DNA of 64,000 nucleotides, from the NCBI GenBank assembly GCA_038207085.1, contig JBBRAE010000001.1, forward strand, positions 160,001 through 224,000, read 5' to 3'. Positions 49,070 to 58,603 of the stretch are shown here, piece by piece. The position numbers were made by a program, and so were the translations under genes. Below the pieces are notes generated by a model. The model did not search any database and was not told where the DNA came from. It saw only the letters and a program-made list of their open reading frames with translations. Within the stretch, counting starts at the first letter, position 1. Each line of letters begins with the position of its first letter. Source of the DNA: Armatimonadota bacterium. Its GTDB lineage: Bacteria > Armatimonadota > UBA5829 > DTLH01.

Positions 49070-50365
49070 ATGGCAAATAGACCTCGAAATGTAGTCGTTG
49101 CGCAGTCCGGCGGGCCTTCGCCGGTCATCAACAACTCGTTGCGCGGCGTAATTGAAACCTGCAAGTCTATGCCCGACGTGTTCGGAACGGTCTACGGCGG
49201 TTGGCACGGCGTTGAGGGCCTTCTAAGGGAAGAACTACTCGACATCAGTAACCAGAGCCCTGAGGAGATTTCGCTTCTTCGGACGACCCCCGCTGCGGGA
49301 TCGATCGGCACATGCCGCTACAAGCTGAAGAAAGACCGGCAGGAAGACTTTGACAGGGTAATCGAGATATTCAAGGCCCACGATGTAGGATTCTTCTTCT
49401 ATATCGGCGGCAACGACTCGATGGATACTGCCCATAAGATCAGTGAGCTCGCCCATGAGAAGGGTCTTGACCTGATTGCCGTCGGCGTGCCGAAGACGAT
49501 CGATAATGACGTAGGTGACTCAGAGTTCAAGCTTATCGACCACACGCCGGGCTACGGAAGCGTCGCGAAGTATTGGGCGCACTATATCCAGTGCGCGAAC
49601 GAGGAGAACCAGGGTTCGTCCCCCGCTGATCCCGTGCTCGTCATGCAGGTAATGGGCCGCAAGATCGGCTTTATACCCGCTGCCGCGCGTCTCGCCGACC
49701 CGGATCGCCGTATGCCGCTACAGATATATCTTGTGGAGTCAGGCCTTTCGCTTTCAGACCTCGCCGATGGGGTTAGCGATCAACTGAGGACCGACGGACG
49801 ATGCCTGGTCGCCGTCAGCGAAGGGTTCAATGTCGGTGACATCGGCGAGATGAAGGATTCCTTCGGTCACACGACGTTCAGCTCAAGCCAGATCACAGTT
49901 GCTCAAGTTATCACCAATTACTTGAACAAGGTTGGACTTCCGGTTGGCGGCGCAGCGCGGTGTCAGGTGCCGGGATGCGACCAGCGGGATGCCATCGCCT
50001 ACGCGTCGACGGTCGACCTCGATGAAGCGTATCTCGTCGGCTGTAAAGCCGTCCAGGTCGCATTTCAGGACGGAAACGGCTATATGGCGACGATTCTCAG
50101 GAAGCCGGGCTCGATCTATAGCGTATACTACGACAAGGTCCCGCTTGAGAAGGTCGCAAACTCAGAGAGAACCTTCCCCAGGGAGTGGCTTTCCGAGTCC
50201 CGCACAGACGTGACAGACGAGTTCGTAGACTACGCGAGACCACTGATCGGAGAGGACTTGGTAAGCGTGCCGATGGTCAATGGCCTGATGCGTTTCGCGC
50301 GGTTTGAACCGAAGTTCGCAGACAAAAAGCTGCCGGACTATATGCCGGTTGGATATCGTAAATAG
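49070..50365 (+). CDS. PfkA-family kinase, PPi-dependent type
   Basis: QSGGPSPVIN, GTCRYK, IGGNDS (Asp) and PKTIDND (Lys) PPi signature, MGR, SEG. Confidence 0.88.
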   Translation: MANRPRNVVVAQSGGPSPVINNSLRGVIETCKSMPDVFGTVYGGWHGVEGLLREELLDISNQSPEEISLLRTTPAAGSIGTCRYKLKKDRQEDFDRVIEIFKAHDVGFFFYIGGNDSMDTAHKISELAHEKGLDLIAVGVPKTIDNDVGDSEFKLIDHTPGYGSVAKYWAHYIQCANEENQGSSPADPVLVMQVMGRKIGFIPAAARLADPDRRMPLQIYLVESGLSLSDLADGVSDQLRTDGRCLVAVSEGFNVGDIGEMKDSFGHTTFSSSQITVAQVITNYLNKVGLPVGGAARCQVPGCDQRDAIAYASTVDLDEAYLVGCKAVQVAFQDGNGYMATILRKPGSIYSVYYDKVPLEKVANSERTFPREWLSESRTDVTDEFVDYARPLIGEDLVSVPMVNGLMRFARFEPKFADKKLPDYMPVGYRK

Positions 50366-50401
50366 CAAGTTATTCAGAATATCTTGATGGAGGAAGTCAA
50401 T

Positions 50402-51289
50402 ATGTCAGATCCGGCACAGGCGCTGAAGGATCTTAAGAAAGAACACGAGTTTTTGGTCGGGATCGACTCCGACGGCTGCGCGTTCGATACGATGGAGATC
50501 AAACACAAGGAGTGCTTTATCCCCAATATCGTCAAATACTGGGACCTGCAGGCTGTCTCAAAGTATGCCCGCGAGGCTGCAGAGTTCGTCAATCTGTACT
50601 CCAAGTGGCGCGGAATCAACAGGTTTCCGGCGCTTCTGATGGTCCTTGATCTGCTCGAAGAGCGTGATAACGTCAAGAAGCGCGGCGTAACCATCCCCCG
50701 AGCTGAGTCGCTTCGCAAGTGGGCGGAGACCGAGACCAAGCTTGGTAACCCTGCCCTTATAAAGGCTGTCGAAGCCACCGGCGACCCCGTTCTCATCCAG
50801 ACGCTTGAGTGGTCCAAGGCCGTCAACGCAAGCGTTGAGGACATTGTCCACGGCGTGCCGCCGTTCCCGTTTGTCAGGGAGAGCCTGGAGAAGGTGCTGC
50901 CGCTCGCCGATATGGTCGTCGTTTCGGCTACTCCCGGCGAGGCACTCGTTCGAGAGTGGGAAGAGCATGACATCGCCAAGTACACCAAGGTGATCGCGGG
51001 CCAGGAGATGGGTAACAAGAAAGAGCATCTGAAGTACGCGATCGATGGTCGCTACCAGCCCGACCACGTGTTGATGATCGGCGATGCTCCCGGAGATATG
51101 AAGGCCGCAAAAGCCAACAACGCGCTCTTCTACCCGATTAACCCCGGCGACGAGGACACTTCCTGGCAGAGGTTCTACGAAGAAGCGTTCGACAAGTTCA
51201 TCGCTGGCGAGTACGCCGGTGAGTACGAAGCAAAGTTGATCGCAGAGTTCGACAAGTACCTGCCGGACACACCTTTCTGGAAGAAGTAG
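50402..51289 (+). CDS. HAD-superfamily hydrolase
   Basis: GIDSDGCAFD, VSAT, K, MIGDAPGD. Confidence 0.85.
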   Translation: MSDPAQALKDLKKEHEFLVGIDSDGCAFDTMEIKHKECFIPNIVKYWDLQAVSKYAREAAEFVNLYSKWRGINRFPALLMVLDLLEERDNVKKRGVTIPRAESLRKWAETETKLGNPALIKAVEATGDPVLIQTLEWSKAVNASVEDIVHGVPPFPFVRESLEKVLPLADMVVVSATPGEALVREWEEHDIAKYTKVIAGQEMGNKKEHLKYAIDGRYQPDHVLMIGDAPGDMKAAKANNALFYPINPGDEDTSWQRFYEEAFDKFIAGEYAGEYEAKLIAEFDKYLPDTPFWKK

Positions 51290-51291
51290 AT

Positions 51292-52536
51292 ATGATCGGA
51301 ACAGGATACCAAGACCGCCAGCTCACCGAGAGCGAGGCGGTCAACCTAATTCGTATAGCTCTTGAAAGCGAGAGCTTCGACGGCAAGCGTGTTCTTATGC
51401 TGCTGCCGGACCACACGCGTTCGGCTCCGGTGCCGATGATGTTCAAGGCGATCTACGAAGCACTGGCGCATCGAACAGCCGCGCTTGACGCTTTGATCGC
51501 TCTTGGAACGCATCCCCCAATGGCCGAAGAGCATATACATCAGCTCGTAGGCATCACGGGCGACGAACACGAGACTAAGTACTCCAAGACTACGTTCTAT
51601 AACCATATGTGGAAAGATCCCGACGCGCTCACGTGCGTTGGAACGATCCCCGAAGACCGAATCTTTGAGATCACCGAGGGAAAGTTCAGGATGCCGGTTG
51701 ATGTGGAGGTCAACAAGCTTCTCCTCGATTACGACCACATCATGATCGTCGGTCCGGTCTTCCCGCACGAAGTCGCGGGGTTCTCCGGTGGAAACAAGTA
51801 TGTCTTCCCTGGAGTCGCAGGTCAGGGGATAATCGACTTCTTCCACTGGCTTGGGGCACTAATCACAAACCCGGTCATCATCGGGACGAAATACACCCCG
51901 GTGCGCGGCGTGATCGACGAGGCTGTGAAGTATGTCCCCACGGAGCGGAGCGCCTTCTCAATGGTGATGCAGGGGCACGACCTGATGGGGATCTACTACG
52001 GTGACGTTGACGAATCGTGGTCAGCTGCCGCCGATCAATCCGACAAGCTCAATATCATCTACAAAGACAAAAGCTTTCACACCGTGCTTTCCCGCGCTCC
52101 TGAGATGTATGACGACCTCTGGACCGGCGGCAAGTGCATGTATAAGCTCGAACCGGTTGTCGCCGACGGCGGCAAGCTCATCATCTACGCGCCGCACATC
52201 ACCGAGATCAGCTATACTCACGGCAAGGTGCTCGACGAGATCGGGTATCATACCCGGGACTACTTCACGGCCCAGTGGGACAAGTTCAAGGACTACCCCT
52301 GGGGCGTCGTAGCCCACTCCACCCACGTCCGAGGCATTGGGATCTACGAAAACGGGGTAGAGAAGCCTCGCGTGGACGTGATACTCGCAACCGGCATCCC
52401 ACAAGAGCGATGCCGACAGGTCAATCTCGGGTACATCAACCCGAAGGACATCAACCCCAGCGACTATATGGACAGGGAAAATGAAGGCGTGCTCTATGTG
52501 CCAAGAGCCGGTGAGATGCTTTACAGACTGAAGTAA
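51292..52536 (+). CDS. LarA-family (nickel-pincer) 2-hydroxyacid racemase/epimerase
   Basis: PDHTR, ALGTH, NH, PHEVAGFSGGNK..PG, FFH, GGK. Confidence 0.87.
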   Translation: MIGTGYQDRQLTESEAVNLIRIALESESFDGKRVLMLLPDHTRSAPVPMMFKAIYEALAHRTAALDALIALGTHPPMAEEHIHQLVGITGDEHETKYSKTTFYNHMWKDPDALTCVGTIPEDRIFEITEGKFRMPVDVEVNKLLLDYDHIMIVGPVFPHEVAGFSGGNKYVFPGVAGQGIIDFFHWLGALITNPVIIGTKYTPVRGVIDEAVKYVPTERSAFSMVMQGHDLMGIYYGDVDESWSAAADQSDKLNIIYKDKSFHTVLSRAPEMYDDLWTGGKCMYKLEPVVADGGKLIIYAPHITEISYTHGKVLDEIGYHTRDYFTAQWDKFKDYPWGVVAHSTHVRGIGIYENGVEKPRVDVILATGIPQERCRQVNLGYINPKDINPSDYMDRENEGVLYVPRAGEMLYRLK

Positions 52537-52573
52537 CATAGCGATTTGTACGACTTTCAGCAAAGGAGATTCT

Positions 52574-53986
52574 ATGTCTAAAGCAAATATGGGTATGGTC
52601 GGGCTCGGCGTAATGGGCCAGAACCTTGCCCTGAATATGGAAAGCAAAGGCTTCAACGTCTGCGGCTACGACACCTCACGCGAGAAGGTCGATGCGTTCG
52701 TTAACGGCAAAGGCCAGGGCAAGAACGTCTGCGGCGCGTATTCGCTGCAGGAGCTGATCGACTGCCTGGAGAAACCTCGCAGAATTATGATGATGGTGCC
52801 GGCGGGCAAACCAGTTGATGAAGTTATCGACACTCTTGCACCGATGCTTGAGTCGGGCGATATTCTGATCGACGGAGGAAACTCTTACTTCCGAGACACT
52901 ACCCTGCGCACAAAGGCACTTGAGAGCCAGGGTTTGCTCTTCATCGGCACAGGTGTCTCCGGCGGTGAAGAAGGCGCGCTCCGAGGCCCGAGCATTATGC
53001 CCGGCGGCTCGCCTGACGCATGGCCCGCAGTACAGCCGATCCTCCAGAAGATCGCCGCCAAGGTCCCTGATGGCACTCCGTGCTGCCAGTGGGTCGGACG
53101 CGACGGCGCGGGGCATTTCGTCAAGATGATCCACAATGGCATCGAGTACGGCGATATGCAGCTCATCTCCGAAGCCTACTTCATCATGAAAGAGGCGCTC
53201 GGACTCTCAGCCGATGAGCTTCACGAAGTTTTTGCCGAATGGAACAAGGGCGAGCTTTCGAGTTATCTCATCGAGATTACCGCTGATATCTTTACCAAGA
53301 AAGACCCCGACACCGGGCTTCCGGTAGTCGATATCATTCTGGACTCGGCAGGCCAGAAGGGCACAGGAAGCTGGACGAGCCAGATCGCCCTTGAGTTCGG
53401 AGTCGCCGCACCGACGATCGCCGAAGCGGTCTTTGCGCGCTGTATTTCAGCGATCAAGAGCGAGCGGGTTGCGGCCTCCAAAACGCTTTCCGGCCCAGAC
53501 GCTAAGTTTGAAGGCGACAAGAAGCAGTTCATCGAAGATATTCGTCAGACGCTTTACGCATCCAAGATCTGCTCCTATGCTCAGGGTTTCGGCCTTATGC
53601 GCGAGGCTAACAAGGAGTATGATTGGGGTCTCAAGTTCGGCGATATCGCTCTGCTTTGGCGCGCAGGCTGCATCATCCGTGCCGCGTTCCTCGACCCGAT
53701 CAAAGAGGCGTTTGACACCAACCCGGAACTCCCGAACCTCCTGATGGCACCCTACTTCACTGATGCTGTCGATAAGGCGCAGAAGAGTTGGAGAAATGTT
53801 GTCGCCATTGCTGCTCGGCTTGGGATCCCAATCCCTGGATTCAGCTCGGCGCTCGCCTACTTCGACAGCTACAGACGCGACAGGCTCCCTGCGAACCTGA
53901 TTCAGGCGCAGCGCGATTACTTCGGCGCGCACACCTACAAGAGAGTCGACAAAGAAGGCACATTCCACACCGAATGGATCGATTAG
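52574..53986 (+). CDS. gnd: 6-phosphogluconate dehydrogenase (decarboxylating)
   Basis: GLGVMGQNLALN, DGGNS, VSGGEEGA, VKMIHNGIEYGDMQ, GQKGTG, GCIIR, QAQRDYFGAHTY. Confidence 0.98.
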   Translation: MSKANMGMVGLGVMGQNLALNMESKGFNVCGYDTSREKVDAFVNGKGQGKNVCGAYSLQELIDCLEKPRRIMMMVPAGKPVDEVIDTLAPMLESGDILIDGGNSYFRDTTLRTKALESQGLLFIGTGVSGGEEGALRGPSIMPGGSPDAWPAVQPILQKIAAKVPDGTPCCQWVGRDGAGHFVKMIHNGIEYGDMQLISEAYFIMKEALGLSADELHEVFAEWNKGELSSYLIEITADIFTKKDPDTGLPVVDIILDSAGQKGTGSWTSQIALEFGVAAPTIAEAVFARCISAIKSERVAASKTLSGPDAKFEGDKKQFIEDIRQTLYASKICSYAQGFGLMREANKEYDWGLKFGDIALLWRAGCIIRAAFLDPIKEAFDTNPELPNLLMAPYFTDAVDKAQKSWRNVVAIAARLGIPIPGFSSALAYFDSYRRDRLPANLIQAQRDYFGAHTYKRVDKEGTFHTEWID

Positions 53987-53991
53987 ACTAG

Positions 53992-54105
53992 TGGGTCACT
54001 TGGCATGAAATCAGCCATTGTTGGGTGGCAATTTCCGAATCGCCACCCAAAAGCTAAGACGAAATTTCCGAATCCCGAATGGCGTAATGCATGGCAATTG
54101 ACCGA
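53992..54105. mobile_element. MITE-like element flanked by CTAG
   Basis: CTAG at 53988-53991 and 54106-54109; ends TGGGTCACTTGGCATG versus reverse complement TCGGTCAATTGCCATG (13/16); internal hairpin TTGGGTGGC/GCCACCCAA. Confidence 0.55.
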
Positions 54106-54246
54106 CTAGTTGTTAACATAAAGCCCACTCAAGGTAACATAATACCTATTTACTGCAACCTATTTAAAATCCTAAAGCTCAGCACTTGACGAAGCCCTCC
54201 TGGTTGCCGACAATAATGATATAGAACCTGGCAATATTACGGAGGG

Positions 54247-54513
54247 TTGGAAGTGTTAATTACAACAAAGATGCGCTGTTTGTCTAGGACTGCCGTGCTG
54301 TTTGCGGTCGCCGGATTCTGTATGCCGATGCAACTGCATGCAGCAACAGACCCAACCGACATTATGATCAGGGCGCTAGTAAAGATAAGCTTTCCGGGTT
54401 GCAGTTCAACTACGAATGGCGTCGCAGACAGGGCACGCAGCCTAGCTTCGACCAGTTTATTGCACAGATTCAGGCCAGGTTCTAAGGTTGTTGTTTACAA
54501 AAGTCCTCTGTAA
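54247..54513 (+). CDS. Small hypothetical protein with signal-peptide-like segment, possibly a remnant
   Basis: GGAGG upstream; TTGACG-17-GACAAT candidate promoter; MRCLSRTAVLFAVAGFCMPMQLHA. Confidence 0.35.
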   Translation: MEVLITTKMRCLSRTAVLFAVAGFCMPMQLHAATDPTDIMIRALVKISFPGCSSTTNGVADRARSLASTSLLHRFRPGSKVVVYKSPL

Positions 54514-54611
54514 AAGCTCACATTATTAGCCAATTCTGTGTATGAAATGACCGCTAGCGTGGTAGAATATTACTCGGTATCTCAACAATTATGATCGTAT
54601 CGAAGTGAGCT

Positions 54612-55748
54612 ATGAGATTGTTAGCCAAAATCAAACACAGCCATATCTTTCTATCCGCAGCTGCTCTTGCTCTTGCGACAGGCGCTGCCGTCTTTATGAT
54701 AGACGGACAGCCCAGCAGTGGGAGTATGCACGGTTCCGGGACCGCTCGCTGCCAGGACTTGCTGCAGCCTGTTGAGCTTGCGTACCTACCGGAAGCCTTC
54801 TCTGCGCGACTCTTCCCGCTCAGCCCGTTTGCCCGATCACCCCTTGCCAGCAGAGGCCTGTTTTCACTGCAGGGTTACGACGTGAGATCGTTCGCTGACG
54901 TGCTCGTAATCCACGAGATAGACCTACGCAGTGGCCCCGATGAGCTCACCAACGTCGAGCTTGCGAGCGAGGCGGTGGACGGTCACGTTATAGCGCCCTA
55001 TGACACGTTTTCGTTCAACTCCGTCGTCGGAGAGCGTTCAGCCGATCGAGGATTCCGTCCGGGGCTGATGTTTTCTCGCGGAGAGGTCGTCACAGGAGTC
55101 GGTGGTGGCGTCTGCATAGTATCGACTGCGGTTTACAATGCCGCAGTGCGTGCGGGTTATCAAGTTATAGAGCGATACCCACACTCGGGGTGCGTCCGCT
55201 ACGCCGAACCGGGCCTGGACGCGGCGGTTGTTTACGGATGCATGGATATGCGTTTCAAGAACAACACCGGCAACGCCGTCCTTTTGCGGAGCAAGATCGT
55301 CGACGATAAGCTCGTCGTCACGCTTCTGGGTAAGAAGCGGCCTGGACTCACCGTGGAAATAGCTCGCGAGGGGTTCAGAGAGCTTCCGTTCAAGATTGTC
55401 ACGAAAGAGGATCCGACTGTCCCTGAAGGCACGGTGCAGGTCAAGACCCCTGCGAGAACAGGCTTCGAGGCGACGACGATACGTGTCATCAAGCTCGGTG
55501 GCAAGGTCATAAAGCGCGAAGTCCTAAGCGTCGATCACGTCCCGGCCCGCGACAAGATCGTGCTCGTTCCTCCAAAGAATATCGATGAGATGGACAAGCC
55601 TGTCGACTTGAAAGCGACTGAAGACGCCACACGGGTCGAGGCCTCTCAGCCACTTACGGAGCCAGCCAAGGCATCCGACCCGCCGACTTGGACGATGCCG
55701 ACTACTCAGATAGAGCCAGAACTCGACGTTAAACTTGGGACCAAATAA
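54612..55748 (+). CDS. VanW-family protein with C-terminal G5 domain
   Basis: TFSFNSVVGERS..GF, GVGGGVCIVSTAVYNA, ERYPHS, GLDAAV, DMRFKN; EDPTVPEG..RTGF. Confidence 0.87.
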   Translation: MRLLAKIKHSHIFLSAAALALATGAAVFMIDGQPSSGSMHGSGTARCQDLLQPVELAYLPEAFSARLFPLSPFARSPLASRGLFSLQGYDVRSFADVLVIHEIDLRSGPDELTNVELASEAVDGHVIAPYDTFSFNSVVGERSADRGFRPGLMFSRGEVVTGVGGGVCIVSTAVYNAAVRAGYQVIERYPHSGCVRYAEPGLDAAVVYGCMDMRFKNNTGNAVLLRSKIVDDKLVVTLLGKKRPGLTVEIAREGFRELPFKIVTKEDPTVPEGTVQVKTPARTGFEATTIRVIKLGGKVIKREVLSVDHVPARDKIVLVPPKNIDEMDKPVDLKATEDATRVEASQPLTEPAKASDPPTWTMPTTQIEPELDVKLGTK

Positions 55749-55792
55749 CAAGACGACAAGTAGTCTGAGAGCGTATCTGAGAAATCCCGATT

Positions 55793-55951
55793 GTAGTGGC
55801 CGGTCGCCGTGCCGGCCAGCAGCGCCGAAGGCGCTGCCCTACTCAATTGACACGAAATTCCACCGTTCTCCGGCTCCTTCGGAGCCGATGCCCGCCACAG
55901 CGGACGGCCACTACACTTATCCAGATGGCTGTCAAAGCGGACGGCCACTAC
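55793..55951. repeat. GTAG-REP doublet copy B plus a third REP unit
   Basis: GTAG-TGGCCGG..CCGGCCA ... CGGCCA-CTAC (55914); extra GATGGCTGTC..GACGGCCACTAC at 55924-55951. Confidence 0.8.
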
Positions 55952-55968
55952 ACTTATTAGACACGCTC

Positions 55969-56727
55969 TTAGTCGATCGGCTCAATTTTCCCCATAACAG
56001 GCGACGGATGAAGGACGTACGCGTCAATCACGGCGCTTATACTCGCCGGATACTCACGAATCGGCGCGCGACTGTCTGAGGTCGCGGGAGCCGCAACTCC
56101 GTAAGCTTCGAGACCAACTGAGCGAGCAAGAAATAGCGCCCGAGGCAAATGATACCCCTGCGTTACGATAACGAGCTTGTCGAGCAAAAATATGTTCTTT
56201 GCGCGGTAGACTGAGTCGTAGGTTCTTCGCCCGGCATAATCCATCACCACGTCAGACGAGGGCACACCCTGGGAGACCGCATAATCGGCCATTCTCTGAG
56301 GCTCGTTATAGTTCTGCACGCGGTTGTCGCCCGACATCAGTATCTTCTCGACCCGACCTGCGTTGTAGAGGTCAATTGCGGTGTTTACCCGGTGCCTGAG
56401 TGTCCAGCTAAGCGCGCCGTTTGGCTGCACACCGGCCCCCAGCACCAGCGCGACGTGGTAATTCGGCATCTCCGACATTGTTTTGTAGACCCTATTATTG
56501 GCGGCGGACTGCACTATCACCATACACAGGGCGAGTGCCAGAGAAGCGCCGATTGAGACCACCATAAACCAAGACCGCAGCCGTTTCCAAAGTTTGCGCA
56601 CAGACGCTTTCGCAAACCAACCCGTTTGCCGACTCACTCGGCGTCGCCGGGTTTTTCTAGTGGTCGAATAACTCCTGCTCGCGCTTGTGGTGCGCCGTCT
56701 CCTGTAGCTCGATCGCCTCTTGGCCAT
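55969..56727 (-). CDS. SanA/ElyC (DUF218) family membrane protein
   Basis: ALVLGA, ILMSGDN..YNEP, DYAGRRTYDSVYRA, VTQGYHLPRA, RE. Confidence 0.92.
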   Translation of the reverse strand: MAKRRSSYRRRRTTSASRSYSTTRKTRRRRVSRQTGWFAKASVRKLWKRLRSWFMVVSIGASLALALCMVIVQSAANNRVYKTMSEMPNYHVALVLGAGVQPNGALSWTLRHRVNTAIDLYNAGRVEKILMSGDNRVQNYNEPQRMADYAVSQGVPSSDVVMDYAGRRTYDSVYRAKNIFLLDKLVIVTQGYHLPRALFLARSVGLEAYGVAAPATSDSRAPIREYPASISAVIDAYVLHPSPVMGKIEPID

Positions 56728-56838
56728 CTCTATTCTCCCAAGTCAGTGGATAATTACCTAGAAAGACTATCACTACGCGAGCGAAATGTCTATGCCTGAT
56801 GTGTTAGTGACCCACAAATATGGGAGTCGTCGCAGAGT

Positions 56839-57810
56839 TTAGGCAAGTGGAGCAGTGGCAACACGAGGATCGGATATCGACGCGGCCAATATTTCGGCGT
56901 GAGTCTTGAACGAATCACGAGAGCCTGCGTTTGACTTCGTCATTCCGAGTGCAAAGAGCTTGTTGTCGTAGGCTGCGGCAATTTTCGTGACGAGTTCCAC
57001 GCGGTGCATAACATCACCCTGGCCGTCCCAAAGGCAGTTTACGGTCTCTACCGACAACTCCGGGAGTTTGCAGAACTCGCGGTACAGCCACTTGGATTCA
57101 GGCGCATATCTACGGTTCAGCAAGAAACCAAGACGCATCGCGGCCTCGGCGAACCTCCACCAGGCCATCTGAGCGGTGTAGTAGTCGTCGCGTGCAATCG
57201 CCCTGGGAAGCATATCCTGACCATAACGCCAGCACTCATCGAGCGCATGCGACATTCGCCGCCGCCATGCGTCCTCCGGGTAATATCTAGCAAACCCCTG
57301 CCTGCGGTCCGTCAGCTCCCCTACGGGGTCATAAAAGACCTGACCGTGCGTCACCTCAAAGAGACACGACTCGGGGATTCTTAGCCAATCCAGGGCGGTT
57401 TCTGGCGAGTGTGCGAATCCGGCGAGGTCGCCGCAGCAGGTGTTTGACGCAAAAAACTCGTCGATAGCGAATACGGGGTTGTTGGTCCGACCTGTGCTTC
57501 TGCAGTGAGCGCCCTCATACTGGGTCGGCAGCTCATTCAAAACACATTGGAGGTCGTGCCCGAGGGTTGCGAAGTCGGAACCTGTAAGAAATACCTGGAA
57601 TCGCGGGCCCCAATCGAAATCCCGGGAGACTTCGTCATCGTTTCCCGAGCAGTCCGACCCGGCTGCAATAAGCCCTGCGGCTATGCGATCGACACTCTTT
57701 GGCAGCATGCTTTCAAGTGCCGGAAGCCCTACCTCCCAGAAATATCTGGAGGCTATCTCTATTCCTCTGGCCGATGCGGCGATGCCTTGGTTGGCATTCT
57801 GTCCGATCAT
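56839..57810 (-). CDS. DUF4037 domain protein (nucleotidyltransferase-like)
   Basis: AAGL..GSDCSGNDDEVSRDFDWGPR, WLRIPE, GQVFYDP.GEL, YYPED, YAP..KW. Confidence 0.8.
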   Translation of the reverse strand: MIGQNANQGIAASARGIEIASRYFWEVGLPALESMLPKSVDRIAAGLIAAGSDCSGNDDEVSRDFDWGPRFQVFLTGSDFATLGHDLQCVLNELPTQYEGAHCRSTGRTNNPVFAIDEFFASNTCCGDLAGFAHSPETALDWLRIPESCLFEVTHGQVFYDPVGELTDRRQGFARYYPEDAWRRRMSHALDECWRYGQDMLPRAIARDDYYTAQMAWWRFAEAAMRLGFLLNRRYAPESKWLYREFCKLPELSVETVNCLWDGQGDVMHRVELVTKIAAAYDNKLFALGMTKSNAGSRDSFKTHAEILAASISDPRVATAPLA

Positions 57811-57966
57811 TCTCACTTCCAAACCTCTAGCGTCGGATTAACCCGAACCTGGGAAATCCATATTTCTAGCTTCGAAGCTTCTGCACGCAAAACACCCGTC
57901 AGTGCGGGCTATATTGTTAAGTTAAGCGTACATAAGCGTCTATGTGTTGTGCTCATGTCAAGTTAA

Positions 57967-57994
57967 TAGACGAACGAAACGTCCGGTTTGTTCC
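57967..57994 (-). promoter_or_regulatory. ECF-type promoter candidate
   Basis: Minus strand (TGT)GGAAC-17 nt-CGTCTA; same motif as upstream of the ECF sigma gene. Confidence 0.5.
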
Positions 57995-58081
57995 ACAACT
58001 GCGGCCTCATGAATAGAATTCTACCCAAATGATTACAATATAAGTGTAAGCACGATGACATATGTAAAGGGGGAAAGCTCG

Positions 58082-58603
58082 ATGAAGACCCGTTTTGCGG
58101 GAATTCTTATCGTAGTCGCGCTGGCAATTCTCACATCAACCCTGGCTTGGGCCGATGCGGACACCCCTACGCGCTATTTTGGTCCGGGGCCCGGATATCC
58201 TGATAACCCCGGCTCGAAATATTTCTACCGGTACTATCCGCCAGATCAATGGCAAAAGTATGGTTATGGTACCGGACACATGGGGGTCGGGTACGGCCCA
58301 TATATTTACGGAGGACAACGACCCTCTCCGGGTGCTCGTGATGCGGCCATCTACGGCCCGTCGCTCATAATCCCGAAGTTCAAGATGGTTGGAAACAGTC
58401 AGGTAATGATCTCCGCTCCTGGCGTGGGAGTTACTGGCCTCACGGTAAATGTCCTCTCGTTCGGGGGAGCTGTGCTGCAAACTGGCTACGTGAACGCGTC
58501 GCCATTCGAGATTGTTGCAAATATTCCTGACGGTGCTACAGTGCTTCAGATTCGTGTCGACACCGTCTCAGGCTTCCGGGCAATGGGGTATTCACTCTAC
58601 TGA
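58082..58603 (+). CDS. Exported hypothetical protein with Tyr/Gly/Pro-rich segment
   Basis: Signal peptide ending TLAWA; GGGG SD. Confidence 0.7.
   Translation: MKTRFAGILIVVALAILTSTLAWADADTPTRYFGPGPGYPDNPGSKYFYRYYPPDQWQKYGYGTGHMGVGYGPYIYGGQRPSPGARDAAIYGPSLIIPKFKMVGNSQVMISAPGVGVTGLTVNVLSFGGAVLQTGYVNASPFEIVANIPDGATVLQIRVDTVSGFRAMGYSLY

Noticed and set aside
55793..55957. CRISPR-like repeat (AGCGGACGGCCACTACACTTAT twice)
   Set aside because: Only two units with a short gap and no cas genes; they are REP ends.
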